Source: an uncultured delta proteobacterium
GTDB lineage: Bacteria; Desulfobacterota; Binatia; UBA9968
NCBI GenBank assembly: GCA_963728565.1
Contig: CAVSLC010000005.1
Location: 224,001 to 288,000, forward strand
Reading direction: 5' to 3'
Length of the DNA stretch: 64,000 bases
This document shows, piece after piece, positions 40,657 to 49,889 of the stretch. The position numbers were made by a program, and so were the translations under genes. The notes under the pieces are model-generated. The model had not been told where the DNA came from, made no database searches, and saw nothing but the letters and a program-made list of their open reading frames with translations. The first letter of the stretch is position 1. Each line of letters starts with the position of its first letter.

Positions 40657-41462
40657 GGGTGGTGGTTCTCCATCGCCTTTTTAAGACTTTCCCAAATATA
40701 ATTCGTCAGGTCGACGAATTTGGCATCGCGGCGCACCGCCTCGGAGACACGCGGCCGCGGCAGCGGCACGTCGAGGATCTCAGCTACTTTCCCAGGTCGC
40801 GGCGTCATTACGACGACCCGGTCAGAAAGATAAACCGCTTCATCCATGCTATGGGTAATGAAGATCACCGTCTTGCGTTCACGTTGCCACAGCTCCAACA
40901 GCTCCTCTTGTAAGAGCTGCCGGGTTTGAGCGTCAACCGCGCCGAACGGTTCGTCCATCAGCAGAATCGACGGGTTGACTGCCAGCGCGCGAGCCAGTCC
41001 CGCGCGTTGCTGCATGCCGCCGGAAAGCTCGTGGGGATAATGATTTTCGAAATCGCTCAAACCGACGCGTTTAAGATAGTCGCGGGCGGTCTTTGTGCGA
41101 GCTTCTTTGGGCAACCGGCGCAGCTCGAGGCTGAACTCCACATTGGCGAGCACGGTGCGCCACGGCAACAAAGCAAAAGCTTGAAAGACGACGGCTCGGT
41201 CGGGCCCCGGTGCGGTGACCTGCTTGCCGTCAATGAGGATCTTGCCGCCATCGTACGGGATCAAGCCGTCGATCATTTTAAGCAAGGTGGTTTTGCCGCA
41301 ACCGCTCGGGCCGATTATACTGATAAACTCGTTCTCGCGGATGGAGAGACTCACGTCCGCCAATGCCTTGACCTCCGTCGTGTGCTCTTTGACGGTTTTG
41401 TGAAAACTCTTTGAGACCCCCTGGATCTCAACCAAAGGGTTCGAGTCGTTCAAATTGTTCAA
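40653..41462 (-). CDS. ABC transporter ATP-binding protein (start uncertain, overlaps repeat)
   Basis: GPSGCGKTT, LSGGM, LMDEPFG, ITH. Confidence 0.93.
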   Translation of the reverse strand: MNNLNDSNPLVEIQGVSKSFHKTVKEHTTEVKALADVSLSIRENEFISIIGPSGCGKTTLLKMIDGLIPYDGGKILIDGKQVTAPGPDRAVVFQAFALLPWRTVLANVEFSLELRRLPKEARTKTARDYLKRVGLSDFENHYPHELSGGMQQRAGLARALAVNPSILLMDEPFGAVDAQTRQLLQEELLELWQRERKTVIFITHSMDEAVYLSDRVVVMTPRPGKVAEILDVPLPRPRVSEAVRRDAKFVDLTNYIWESLKKAMENHHP

Positions 41463-41545
41463 GAGTTCAATCCGTTCAACACGTTTGAAGATCCGAGTGG
41501 TTCTCGGACGATTTGAACGTCTTGAACTGCTTGAACGTTTTGAAC
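41439..41545. repeat. GTTCAA/TTGAAC 9-bp-period palindromic element, copy C
   Basis: GTTC(G/A)A at 41439, 41448, 41457, 41465, 41474; central TCCGAG-N5-CTCGGA; TTGAAC at 41513, 41522, 41531, 41540. Confidence 0.85.
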
Positions 41546-41552
41546 CAGGCTT

Positions 41553-42986
41553 TCATTTGCCGGTGATCGCCTCATCGTCTTTCCCCGGCTCATACGGCCG
41601 CGTATCGCGTGCAAGATCGATTCTATTCAACACCTCGTCGGGCGCTTGTGCTTCCTTGGGAAAATGGTACGGCGGCAGCGGCTTGGTCGCGTCGAAGATC
41701 AATTTGGTTTCCATGGGACCCTTTTCCATACGGTTGAAGCCGTACGCAGTGGGATTTAGATGCGAGCCGATGATGTTGGGAATGATCACCAGATCGCGAT
41801 CCGCTTGAAAGCGCATGGCCAGCGCCCAGAGTACCTGGGTTTCGTTAAACACATCGACATCGTCATCGACGACGATCACGTGTTTGATATTTGGGTCGGT
41901 AACGATCGCTGCGAGCGCCGCCTGTTTGGGATCGCCTTCGGCTCTCTTCTTTACCGAGATGTAACAATGCGAGCGGGCCGCGCCCGAGATTGGCATGTTG
42001 ACGCCGGTGGTGCTCGGCACGACTTCTTGAATGCGCTTTAGCAGACTGCCCAGTCTAGGCGCGGCGCCGATGATGTTGTGCTCGAAATGCGCGCTGTGGA
42101 TGCACTGATAGATCGGATTTTTGCGCATGGTAATGGCGGTCACTTCGATGTATGGCTGCTCGCCTTCCTTGTAGTAGTAATGCGGCCATTCGCCGAAGGG
42201 TCCTTCGTAGTGGCGCTTTTTCGGCGGCACGATCCCTTCGATGATGATCTCGGCGCGCGCCGGCACCATCAAGTTCACCGTCTCCGCCTTGACGACTTCC
42301 AAGGGCTCGCCCAAAAATGCGCCGGCGATCTCGAGTTCCGAGCCGACGCCGGCTTGCTTGCTGACTGCGGCCATATTCAATGCCGGATGATGGCCGATGG
42401 CGAGAGCGACTTCCATGGGTTCGTTATGATCTTCGTATTCGGCGCGGACATAATTTGCGTGATTGGCGGGGTTGACCATCAGGCCGAGCTGTCTTTTGCC
42501 CTGTTTCTGGTGCCGATAGATGCCGACGTTGACCGCGCCTGTGTCGCGCTCCTTACAAATCATGGCCGCGGCATTCACGTAGGCGCCGGCGTCGCCCTCG
42601 TTGAGGGTCAGGACCGGTAGAAGATCGAGATCGGCGGCGTCGCCTTTCAGGATCACTTCTTTGCACGGCGCGTCTCTGGCTGAGATCTCTTTGACCGGAA
42701 CCGGACTGTGCTCGCGATGGGCCAGATCCTTGACCATCTGCGGCACCGAAGGGGAGCCCAGCGACAATGCCAGCCGTTCATAAGTGGCGCCCAGATTGAT
42801 CACCAAGGGGATCTTCGAGCCCTTGATATTTTTGAAAAAAACCAAAGGAAATTCATTTTTTCGTTCGAACTTCTCGACGATCGCGCTGGCTTCGTACTGC
42901 GGGTCGATCTCTTTATCGACAACCACTACATCTTTAGGCCGCCTTTCCAATAACTCGTCTAGATAACTGCGAAAATCTTTGGGCAT
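41553..42986 (-). CDS. UbiD family (prFMN-dependent) decarboxylase 1
   Basis: DFRSYL, NVGIYR, VPARAEIIIEG, EGPFGE, VIVVDDDVD, VLWALAMR, IFDATKP. Confidence 0.93.
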   Translation of the reverse strand: MPKDFRSYLDELLERRPKDVVVVDKEIDPQYEASAIVEKFERKNEFPLVFFKNIKGSKIPLVINLGATYERLALSLGSPSVPQMVKDLAHREHSPVPVKEISARDAPCKEVILKGDAADLDLLPVLTLNEGDAGAYVNAAAMICKERDTGAVNVGIYRHQKQGKRQLGLMVNPANHANYVRAEYEDHNEPMEVALAIGHHPALNMAAVSKQAGVGSELEIAGAFLGEPLEVVKAETVNLMVPARAEIIIEGIVPPKKRHYEGPFGEWPHYYYKEGEQPYIEVTAITMRKNPIYQCIHSAHFEHNIIGAAPRLGSLLKRIQEVVPSTTGVNMPISGAARSHCYISVKKRAEGDPKQAALAAIVTDPNIKHVIVVDDDVDVFNETQVLWALAMRFQADRDLVIIPNIIGSHLNPTAYGFNRMEKGPMETKLIFDATKPLPPYHFPKEAQAPDEVLNRIDLARDTRPYEPGKDDEAITGK

Positions 42987-43291
42987 TTTGACTCACCTCC
43001 GGGCTCAGTTTTGGATCACATTGCACCTAGGGACAAGGTGTCGCCAGGCTGATGCTATGCTATGCGCGCAATCGCGCGCGGCTGTCAAGATGAACTTTGC
43101 TGGGTGTGGTGCACCTGGGAAAGATCTCTCTTTTCGTTGGGGATGACCCAAAAAGGAGAGATCGTTTCGCCGTCACTCCGACCGAAGAGGAGTCCTGTTC
43201 TCTGAGTCGTGTTCGGGCGCAGCTAAATGAGCCTCTATGCTTGCTTGACAGCTTGGAGGCGTTCTTCTAACAGTGGACGGGGAAAACGAGG

Positions 43292-44275
43292 ATGCAAAAG
43301 CTGCCGGTAAAATGGGGCATTAGCCTGCCGAATCGTGGCGCGCTGTTTGGCCTTACCGATGTGGATGCGCTGATCGGAACAGCCAAGGCTGCCGAACAAT
43401 CCGGAGTCTTCGAATCGGTGTGGTTCGGCGATAGTTTGATTCACAAGCCGCGCTTGGAAGCGATCACCATGCTGGCGGCGGTTGCCACCCACACCACCAG
43501 AGTACGGCTCGGGACGATCTGCATGGCGTCTTTCCCGGTGCGCCATCCGGTCTTACTGGCGATTCAGTGGGCGTCGCTCGATCAGATCTCTCAGGGACGA
43601 GCGGTGCTCGGCGTCTGCATCGGCGGCGGGCACGAGGGCGAGCTCAGAGCGTTCGGTGTCAAGCGCGAAGAGCGCGTTGGACGCATGAAAGAGGGCATTC
43701 AGTTGCTCCGCCAAATCTGGAGTGACAAAGAGGTCGTGCACAAGGGCAAATATTACACGGTCGAAGGCTACAACATCGTGCCGAAACCGGTGCAGACGCC
43801 GCCGCCGATTTGGATCGCGGTGAGTCCCGAGCGCGACCAAGTCGGCGACAAAGTGGTCGACGCAGCGATGCGCCGAGTCGGCGCGCTGGCCGACGGCTAC
43901 ATTACCATGGGAGTGACGGCGCAAGAGCTTGGCAAACGGTTAAGAATCATCGAGGCAACCGCCAATGAGATCGGCAAAGACTTATCAAACTTCGAAGTAG
44001 CCATTCATGGCATGGTCAACGTGAACGACGACAAACAATCAGCCTACGCCCAGGCGAAGGACTACTTCAATCATTATTACGGCCCCACCTATCCGCCGGA
44101 AAGCTTGATCAAGGTCTGGCTTGCGCACGGACCGCCGAAAGACTGCGCACGACTGATTCAAGAATGGATCGACATGGGCATCACTACGCCGGTGCTGCGA
44201 TTTACCGCCAAGGATCAACTTGAGCAGGTGAGGAGATTTATCGACGAAGTGCTGCCGCTGTTGCGGTTGAATTGA
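43292..44275 (+). CDS. Luciferase-like monooxygenase (LLM) class flavin/F420-dependent oxidoreductase
   Basis: AEQSGVFESVWFGDS, AVATHTTRVRLGT, WASLDQISQGR, PKPVQTPPPIWIA. Confidence 0.9.
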   Translation: MQKLPVKWGISLPNRGALFGLTDVDALIGTAKAAEQSGVFESVWFGDSLIHKPRLEAITMLAAVATHTTRVRLGTICMASFPVRHPVLLAIQWASLDQISQGRAVLGVCIGGGHEGELRAFGVKREERVGRMKEGIQLLRQIWSDKEVVHKGKYYTVEGYNIVPKPVQTPPPIWIAVSPERDQVGDKVVDAAMRRVGALADGYITMGVTAQELGKRLRIIEATANEIGKDLSNFEVAIHGMVNVNDDKQSAYAQAKDYFNHYYGPTYPPESLIKVWLAHGPPKDCARLIQEWIDMGITTPVLRFTAKDQLEQVRRFIDEVLPLLRLN

Positions 44276-44339
44276 TGCCTGTGCCGCTGATAAAGAAGCA
44301 CAGTGAGGATCCAGCGCGTGATCCATGGAAATCGGCGAA

Positions 44340-44407
44340 CGAGATTCTTCGGTTCCCCGGGATGACAAACCGTCGAGGTGTCATCCTGAACGCAATGAAG
44401 GATCTCG
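44340..44407. repeat. REP-like palindromic element (related degenerate copy at 43122-43194)
   Basis: CGAGATTCTTC pairs with GAAGGATCTCG; GGATGACA pairs with TGTCATCC. Confidence 0.65.
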
Positions 44408-44427
44408 TCTAATTTTAGGACGAGGCC

Positions 44428-45774
44428 ATGTTTGAAGATCTACGAGGCTTTTTAACTCATCTCGAAAGTCAGAAACAATTATTGCGCATCAAGGAGGAGG
44501 TCGGCGTCAAATACGAGATTGCCGCAGGCATGCGCAAGACTTCCGACATCGAAGGACCGGCGTTGCTCTTCGAAAACGTAAGAGGCTATCCCGGCTGGCG
44601 CGTGTTGGGCGGATTGTTCGCAACCAGAAAACTGGTGGCCCTCGGACTCGGCGTGCCGCAAGAGCAGATGCTCGAGCGTTACATGACTCTGGAAGACAAG
44701 CACATCCCCCCTGAGGTTGTTTCGAATGCTCCGTGCAAAGAGATCAAGTGGACCGGTGACCAGGTCGATTTATCCAAGCTGCCGATCGTCACCCACGCGA
44801 GCAAGGATTGCGGTCCGTACGTCACCATCGGCGTGCAGGTCGGTAAGAATCCCGACACCGGTATACGCAATTTGTCGGTTCATCGCATGCTGGTGCTCGG
44901 CAAGGACCGGCTCTCGCTTTGGGCGCCCGCCGACCATCACTTGGGCCGCATGATTCTGATGGCCGAAGAGAAGAAGAAAGGTTTGGAAGTTGCCACCGCT
45001 GTCGGCGTCGATCCCGCCATTGTGGTCGGTTCGCAGGCTCGAGTGCCGTTCGGCATAGACGAGTTTCATATTGCCGGAGCGTTGCGCGGAGCGCCGGTGA
45101 AGTTGACGAAGTGCGAAACCATCGACGTCGAGGTGCCGGCCTATGCCGAAGTCGTAATCGAGGGCGTGACCATTCCCGGTGAGCGCGTCGCCGATGGACC
45201 GTACGGCGAGTATCCCGGCTGCTACAGCGAAGCCAAACAGGCTCCGGTTCTCAAAGTCACAGCGATCACGATGCGCAATAATCCGATCTGGCAGACCGCG
45301 CTTACCGGCATGCCGGTGACAGAAAATCATACCCTGATCGAATACGGCAATGCCGCGGTGGTGTATCGCGAAGTCAAAAAGATCGTGCCGGAAGTGCGCG
45401 GTGTCAATATGACGCCCGGCGGGACATTCCGCCATCACGTGGTGGTGTCGATCAAAAAGCGCGCCGAGAACGAAGGGCGCAACGTGATACTCGCGCTACT
45501 TTCGATGGGCATAGGCCTCAAGCAGGTGATCGTTGTCGATGATGACATCGACCCTTTCGATCCGATGCAGGTGGATTGGGCGATGGCGACTCGTTTTCAG
45601 GCGGACAAAGACGCCATCATCATCCCAAACATTGCGTGCTCCACCTTGGACCCGTCTTGTCCCGAGGCGCGCGTTACCGCCGGTTTGGGGATCGACGCCA
45701 CTGCGCCGATGAAAGACCACTGGCGCTTCGAAAAAGTCGAGATCCCCGGCGTCGAAAAAGTAAAGTACATTTAA
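44428..45774 (+). CDS. UbiD family (prFMN-dependent) decarboxylase 2
   Basis: DLRGFL, PALLFENV, NLSVHR, VPAYAEVVIEG, DGPYGE, VIVVDDDID, WAMATR, GIDAT. Confidence 0.94.
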   Translation: MFEDLRGFLTHLESQKQLLRIKEEVGVKYEIAAGMRKTSDIEGPALLFENVRGYPGWRVLGGLFATRKLVALGLGVPQEQMLERYMTLEDKHIPPEVVSNAPCKEIKWTGDQVDLSKLPIVTHASKDCGPYVTIGVQVGKNPDTGIRNLSVHRMLVLGKDRLSLWAPADHHLGRMILMAEEKKKGLEVATAVGVDPAIVVGSQARVPFGIDEFHIAGALRGAPVKLTKCETIDVEVPAYAEVVIEGVTIPGERVADGPYGEYPGCYSEAKQAPVLKVTAITMRNNPIWQTALTGMPVTENHTLIEYGNAAVVYREVKKIVPEVRGVNMTPGGTFRHHVVVSIKKRAENEGRNVILALLSMGIGLKQVIVVDDDIDPFDPMQVDWAMATRFQADKDAIIIPNIACSTLDPSCPEARVTAGLGIDATAPMKDHWRFEKVEIPGVEKVKYI

Positions 45775-45893
45775 ACGCAGAGGATCGCGACCGGCGCCAG
45801 GACGCAAGGCGCAAAGGCTTGGAAAAATGGTAATCCCGTTATTTCGGCGGCGTTCCGTCTTGGCGGGATAAAGTCTCAACGTCCTTCCAAGAC

Positions 45894-46763
45894 ATGAGAA
45901 ACTTTGACTATCTCGAACCGACGACCGTAGCCGAGGCCTGCGCCATGCTCAAGCAGCATGCCGGCGAAGCCAAAGTTTTTGCCGGCGGCGCGCATGTCAT
46001 GATTCTGATGAAGCAGGGGCTGTATCAGCCCAAAGCCTTAGTCAATATCAAAAGGATTCCTGAGCTAAAGAACATTTCGTTCGACAGCACCGAAGGGTTG
46101 ATCATCGGCGCTCTGGTGACGCATCGTGAGATTGAAACATCCTCTGTTGTCAACGAAAAACTTCCAGTGCTCTCGGAGGCGGAAAGAGAAATCGCAAATA
46201 TTCGCGTGCGCAATATGGGAACGGTCGGAGGTAATCTCGCCTCAGGCGAACCGCTGACCGATCTATCACAAATTTTCATTGCGCTGGACGGTAAGTTAAA
46301 AGTCGCCGGCCCATCTGGGGAGCGCACGATTCTGGTGGAGGAGCTATTCCTCGACTTTTATACGACCAGTTTGGCGGAAGACGAAATTATCACACGAGTC
46401 GTGCTCCCGCCACCACCGCCGCGCTCCGGCATCGACTACATCCGATTTTCCAGCAGCTCTGCGGTTGACAAACCTTCAGCCGGTGTAGCCGTGCGACTGA
46501 CATTGGACGGAGAAGCCGTTCAAATTGGGAGGATCGTGCTCGGCTGTGTCGGTCCGACCCCGGTTAGGGCAAAAAAGGCCGAGGCCCTTGTCATCGGCAA
46601 AGTATTAAACGCTGATCTTATCAGGGAGGCGGCCGCTCTAGCGTCGCAAGAGTGCAGTCCGATGGGTGACCTGCGCGGCTCCGAAGAATACAAACGAGCG
46701 ATCGTCATGACGCTAGTGAGGCGGGCGGCAGACGCGGCTTACAGGAAAGCTCTCAGCGAATAA
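45894..46763 (+). CDS. Xanthine dehydrogenase family FAD-binding (medium) subunit, CoxM/CutM-like
   Basis: FDYLEPTTVAEA, AGG, IRVRNMGTVGGNL, DLRGSEEYKR. Confidence 0.92.
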   Translation: MRNFDYLEPTTVAEACAMLKQHAGEAKVFAGGAHVMILMKQGLYQPKALVNIKRIPELKNISFDSTEGLIIGALVTHREIETSSVVNEKLPVLSEAEREIANIRVRNMGTVGGNLASGEPLTDLSQIFIALDGKLKVAGPSGERTILVEELFLDFYTTSLAEDEIITRVVLPPPPPRSGIDYIRFSSSSAVDKPSAGVAVRLTLDGEAVQIGRIVLGCVGPTPVRAKKAEALVIGKVLNADLIREAAALASQECSPMGDLRGSEEYKRAIVMTLVRRAADAAYRKALSE

Positions 46764-46911
46764 TCGCCAGGAAAGACCCGAGCATTCACCAGCCCAGGAT
46801 GATTTTGTGACAAGTCCGTTTCATTCGTTCCCTCTAGTGGGGAAAGCTTGTGAGTTCTGAGTGGAGATAAACCTATTCCCGTGCGCGGCGGTTTAACGGC
46901 GCGGCAGCATA

Positions 46912-47385
46912 ATGAATCGCAAGACGATTTCAATAAATGTTAACGGCACCGAGCGCAGCGTCGAAGTTGAAGCGCGCACCACGCTGCTCGATCTAGTGCG
47001 CGAACAATTCGGATTGACGGGCGCCAAGCTCGGCTGCGATATCCAGGTGTGCGGTGCTTGCACGTTGCTCGTCAACGGCAAACCGGTAAGCGCGTGCTCG
47101 GTTCTGGCGATCGACGCCGATACTTGTGATGTCTTAACCGTCGAAGGATTGGGCGGCAATGGTAAGCTCGATCCGATCCAGGAAGCGTTCATGGAGTTTG
47201 GCGCTTTGCAGTGCGGCTATTGTACGTCGGGATTCATTTTAACGACGAAAGCTTTGCTGGATGAATGCCCTAAGCCATCCGATGAGCAAATTCGAAATTA
47301 CTTGGCCGGCAACTTTTGCCGCTGCGGCTGTTATCAAGAGATTATGCAAGCGGTTAAGAACGTGGCGAGCCTGAGCCGTCGATAA
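46912..47385 (+). CDS. Xanthine dehydrogenase family 2x[2Fe-2S] (small) subunit, CoxS/CutS-like
   Basis: GCDIQVCGACT, QCGYCTSG, NFCRCGCY. Confidence 0.94.
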   Translation: MNRKTISINVNGTERSVEVEARTTLLDLVREQFGLTGAKLGCDIQVCGACTLLVNGKPVSACSVLAIDADTCDVLTVEGLGGNGKLDPIQEAFMEFGALQCGYCTSGFILTTKALLDECPKPSDEQIRNYLAGNFCRCGCYQEIMQAVKNVASLSRR

Positions 47386-47389
47386 GGGG

Positions 47390-47480
47390 CGCTTGCGGCG
47401 TTGTCGCTTCGGGCTCGCATTCTCACGTACTGCTCATGTACGCTGCGGGTGCGAGCCTTCGCTCCGCCTCGCAATCGCCG
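47390..47480. repeat. Intra-operon palindromic element
   Basis: GGCTCGCATTC (47412-47422) pairs with GGGTGCGAGCC (47447-47457); inner CGTAC/GTACG; outer TTGCG/CGCAA. Confidence 0.55.
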
Positions 47481-47544
47481 CCTTCTTGACGGTGGGGTTT
47501 TCGCAAGTGCTGCCTAGGTTACGATGATGGAAGGATCCGATTCA

Positions 47545-49866
47545 ATGGAAATGATGGGCATCGGCAAATCGGTGCGAAGGCTTGATTACGAAAGCAAGAT
47601 CTCGGGCAGGGCATTGTATCTGGCGGACATGCACATGCCGGGCATGTGCCACGGCAAAATTCTGCGCAGCCCGCTGCCTCACGCCCGGATAAAGAGAATC
47701 GACATTTCCAAGGCACTCAAGGTTACCGGCGTTGTCACGATCATCACCCGCGACGATATTCTTCATGATCAGGGTATTGAGCCTTATTACGGTCCCGTCT
47801 TTAAAGATCAAACCATCCTAGCTGTAGAAAAAGTACGCCATGTCGGCGATCCGGTAGCAGCCGTTGCGGCGGCAAGCATCGATGCCGCGGAAGAGGCGCT
47901 GCGCCTGATTGAAGTCGATTATGAAGAATTGCCGGCGGTGCTCGATGTGCATGAAGCGTTAAGAAGCGGCGCTGTATTAGTGCACGATTCGATCAGACTG
48001 CCGAGTTCCGGTTTCGCCGATCTCGCCGAAATCAAGCCGGTGGAAGGGACTAATATCTGCACCCACTTCAAGCTCAACCGCGGCGAGGTGGAGAAAGGGT
48101 TCGCGGAAGCGGACCGCATTTTCGAAGACACCTTCACCTTACCGGCGACGCAACACTGCTTTTTGGAAACTCACGCATGTATCGCGTCAGCGGAGGCGGG
48201 GCGCATCACGGTCTGGGCGACGACGCAGAATCCATTCGTCGTACGCACTCAGTTGGCCAACATATTTAAAGTTCCGGTGTCAAAAGTGCGGGTGATCGTG
48301 CCGTATCTCGGCGGTGGTTACGGCGGAAAAGTTTATCCCAAAGTCGAGCCGATTACAGTTGCCCTGGCGCAAAAGGCTCGCCGGCCGGTTCGGGTGGTGC
48401 TGTCGCGCGAGGAGGTCTTCTACACGATCACCAAACACGCCGCCGTGATCCGGATGAAAACCGGCGTGAAAAACGACGGCACCCTAATTGCGCGCGAATG
48501 TGAGATCCATCTCGACACCGGCGCCTATGCTGAAATCGGACCACGGGTGGCGAAGAAGTCAGGCTACACAGCGGCCGGCCCATATCGAATTCCCAACCTG
48601 AAGATAGATTCCTATTCCGTATACACCAATAAACCACCGGCGGGCGCTTTCCGTGGTTTCGGTGTTTCTCAATCGGCATGGGCCGTCGAGTCGCAAATGG
48701 ATATCATGGCGGCGGCCCTAAAAATGGACCCCCTCGAGATTCGGCTCAAGAACGGCTATGTCGATGGCGATCGATTCGTGACCGAAGAAACACTGCGAAG
48801 TGTTGGCTTGAAAGATTGCCTCGACGGAGTCGCTAAATCAATTGGCTGGGAAGACAGGCGGCTCGGAAGTTCAAAGGTCCAAAACCTCGATGGAAGCCTG
48901 AAGCGCGGCAAGGGATTGGCCTGCATGATCAAGGCGACGATCACGCCGTCGATATCATGCGCCGCGCTAAAGCTCAACGAAGACAGCAGCCTTTCCATTT
49001 ATTGCGGCACAGTCGAGATGGGCCAGGGTTCCGAGACAGTGCTGGCGCAGATCGCCGGAGAAGAGCTAGGAATTTCGCTGCAACGCATTCAAGTCCTCGG
49101 CGTCGATACCGATGTCGTCCCTTATGATTTGACGACGTCGTCAAGCCGTTCAACCTTTCACATGGGCAAGGCGGTGCAATTCGCGGCGCGGGACATACTG
49201 CGGCAGCTAAAGGAGATCGTCGTTGAAGAGTACGGCGTGCCGGCGGACCAGGTGAGCTTCGGCGATGGAAAGGTGCGCCTACCCGAGGGCTCGCTCGATT
49301 ATGCTGAAATCATGTTTAAGAGATTTGGCATGCAAGGTGGCACCTTGATCGGTGAGGGGGAGTTGAAGACGTCGGTGAAAGACGAATTCGGTGAAAAGAG
49401 CACTTCGGCATTTTGGTTCCTTTCTGCCGGCGCTGCCGAGGTCGAAGTGGACGTGGAGACCGGCAAATTCAAGCTGCTCAAGTACGCCACGGCGGTTGAT
49501 GTCGGTAAAGCGCTCAACCCACTCGGCTGTCGCCAGCAATTGACCGGCGCGGCAATTACCGGGATCGGCCAGGCGGTGTTCGAAGAGATCGCTTATGACA
49601 ATGGCCAGCTGATCAATCCCAATCTTATCGACTATGTCTTACCCTCTCTGGCCGATATGCCCGCTTCGATCGATCCCATCGCGGTTGAGATTCCGGACCG
49701 GAACGGTCCATTCGGCGCTAAAGGCATCGGCGAGAGCGCCTTGATCCCGGTGGCGCCGGCCATCGCTAACGCGATCTTCGATGCGGTCGGCGTGCGCATC
49801 AAGGATTTACCGATCAAAGCCGAAAAAGTTTATCTGGCCTTAGAGGATTTGAAGAACAAAACATAG
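47545..49866 (+). CDS. Xanthine dehydrogenase family molybdopterin-binding (large) subunit
   Basis: LRSPLPHARI, TTQ, GGGYGGK, AFRGFG, EMGQG, GAKGIGE (catalytic Glu). Confidence 0.94.
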   Translation: MEMMGIGKSVRRLDYESKISGRALYLADMHMPGMCHGKILRSPLPHARIKRIDISKALKVTGVVTIITRDDILHDQGIEPYYGPVFKDQTILAVEKVRHVGDPVAAVAAASIDAAEEALRLIEVDYEELPAVLDVHEALRSGAVLVHDSIRLPSSGFADLAEIKPVEGTNICTHFKLNRGEVEKGFAEADRIFEDTFTLPATQHCFLETHACIASAEAGRITVWATTQNPFVVRTQLANIFKVPVSKVRVIVPYLGGGYGGKVYPKVEPITVALAQKARRPVRVVLSREEVFYTITKHAAVIRMKTGVKNDGTLIARECEIHLDTGAYAEIGPRVAKKSGYTAAGPYRIPNLKIDSYSVYTNKPPAGAFRGFGVSQSAWAVESQMDIMAAALKMDPLEIRLKNGYVDGDRFVTEETLRSVGLKDCLDGVAKSIGWEDRRLGSSKVQNLDGSLKRGKGLACMIKATITPSISCAALKLNEDSSLSIYCGTVEMGQGSETVLAQIAGEELGISLQRIQVLGVDTDVVPYDLTTSSSRSTFHMGKAVQFAARDILRQLKEIVVEEYGVPADQVSFGDGKVRLPEGSLDYAEIMFKRFGMQGGTLIGEGELKTSVKDEFGEKSTSAFWFLSAGAAEVEVDVETGKFKLLKYATAVDVGKALNPLGCRQQLTGAAITGIGQAVFEEIAYDNGQLINPNLIDYVLPSLADMPASIDPIAVEIPDRNGPFGAKGIGESALIPVAPAIANAIFDAVGVRIKDLPIKAEKVYLALEDLKNKT

Positions 49867-49889
49867 CTCACGGCTGCGCCGTTAAAGAG

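Noticed and set aside
48865-48885. GTTCAAAGGTCCAAA as a repeat insertion inside the Mo subunit
   Set aside because: Only two degenerate units at 8-bp spacing with no inverted half; could be chance in a variable loop
45894-49866. Aerobic CO dehydrogenase coxMSL
   Set aside because: Lacks the AYxCSFR Cu-binding motif and the coxDEFG accessory genes
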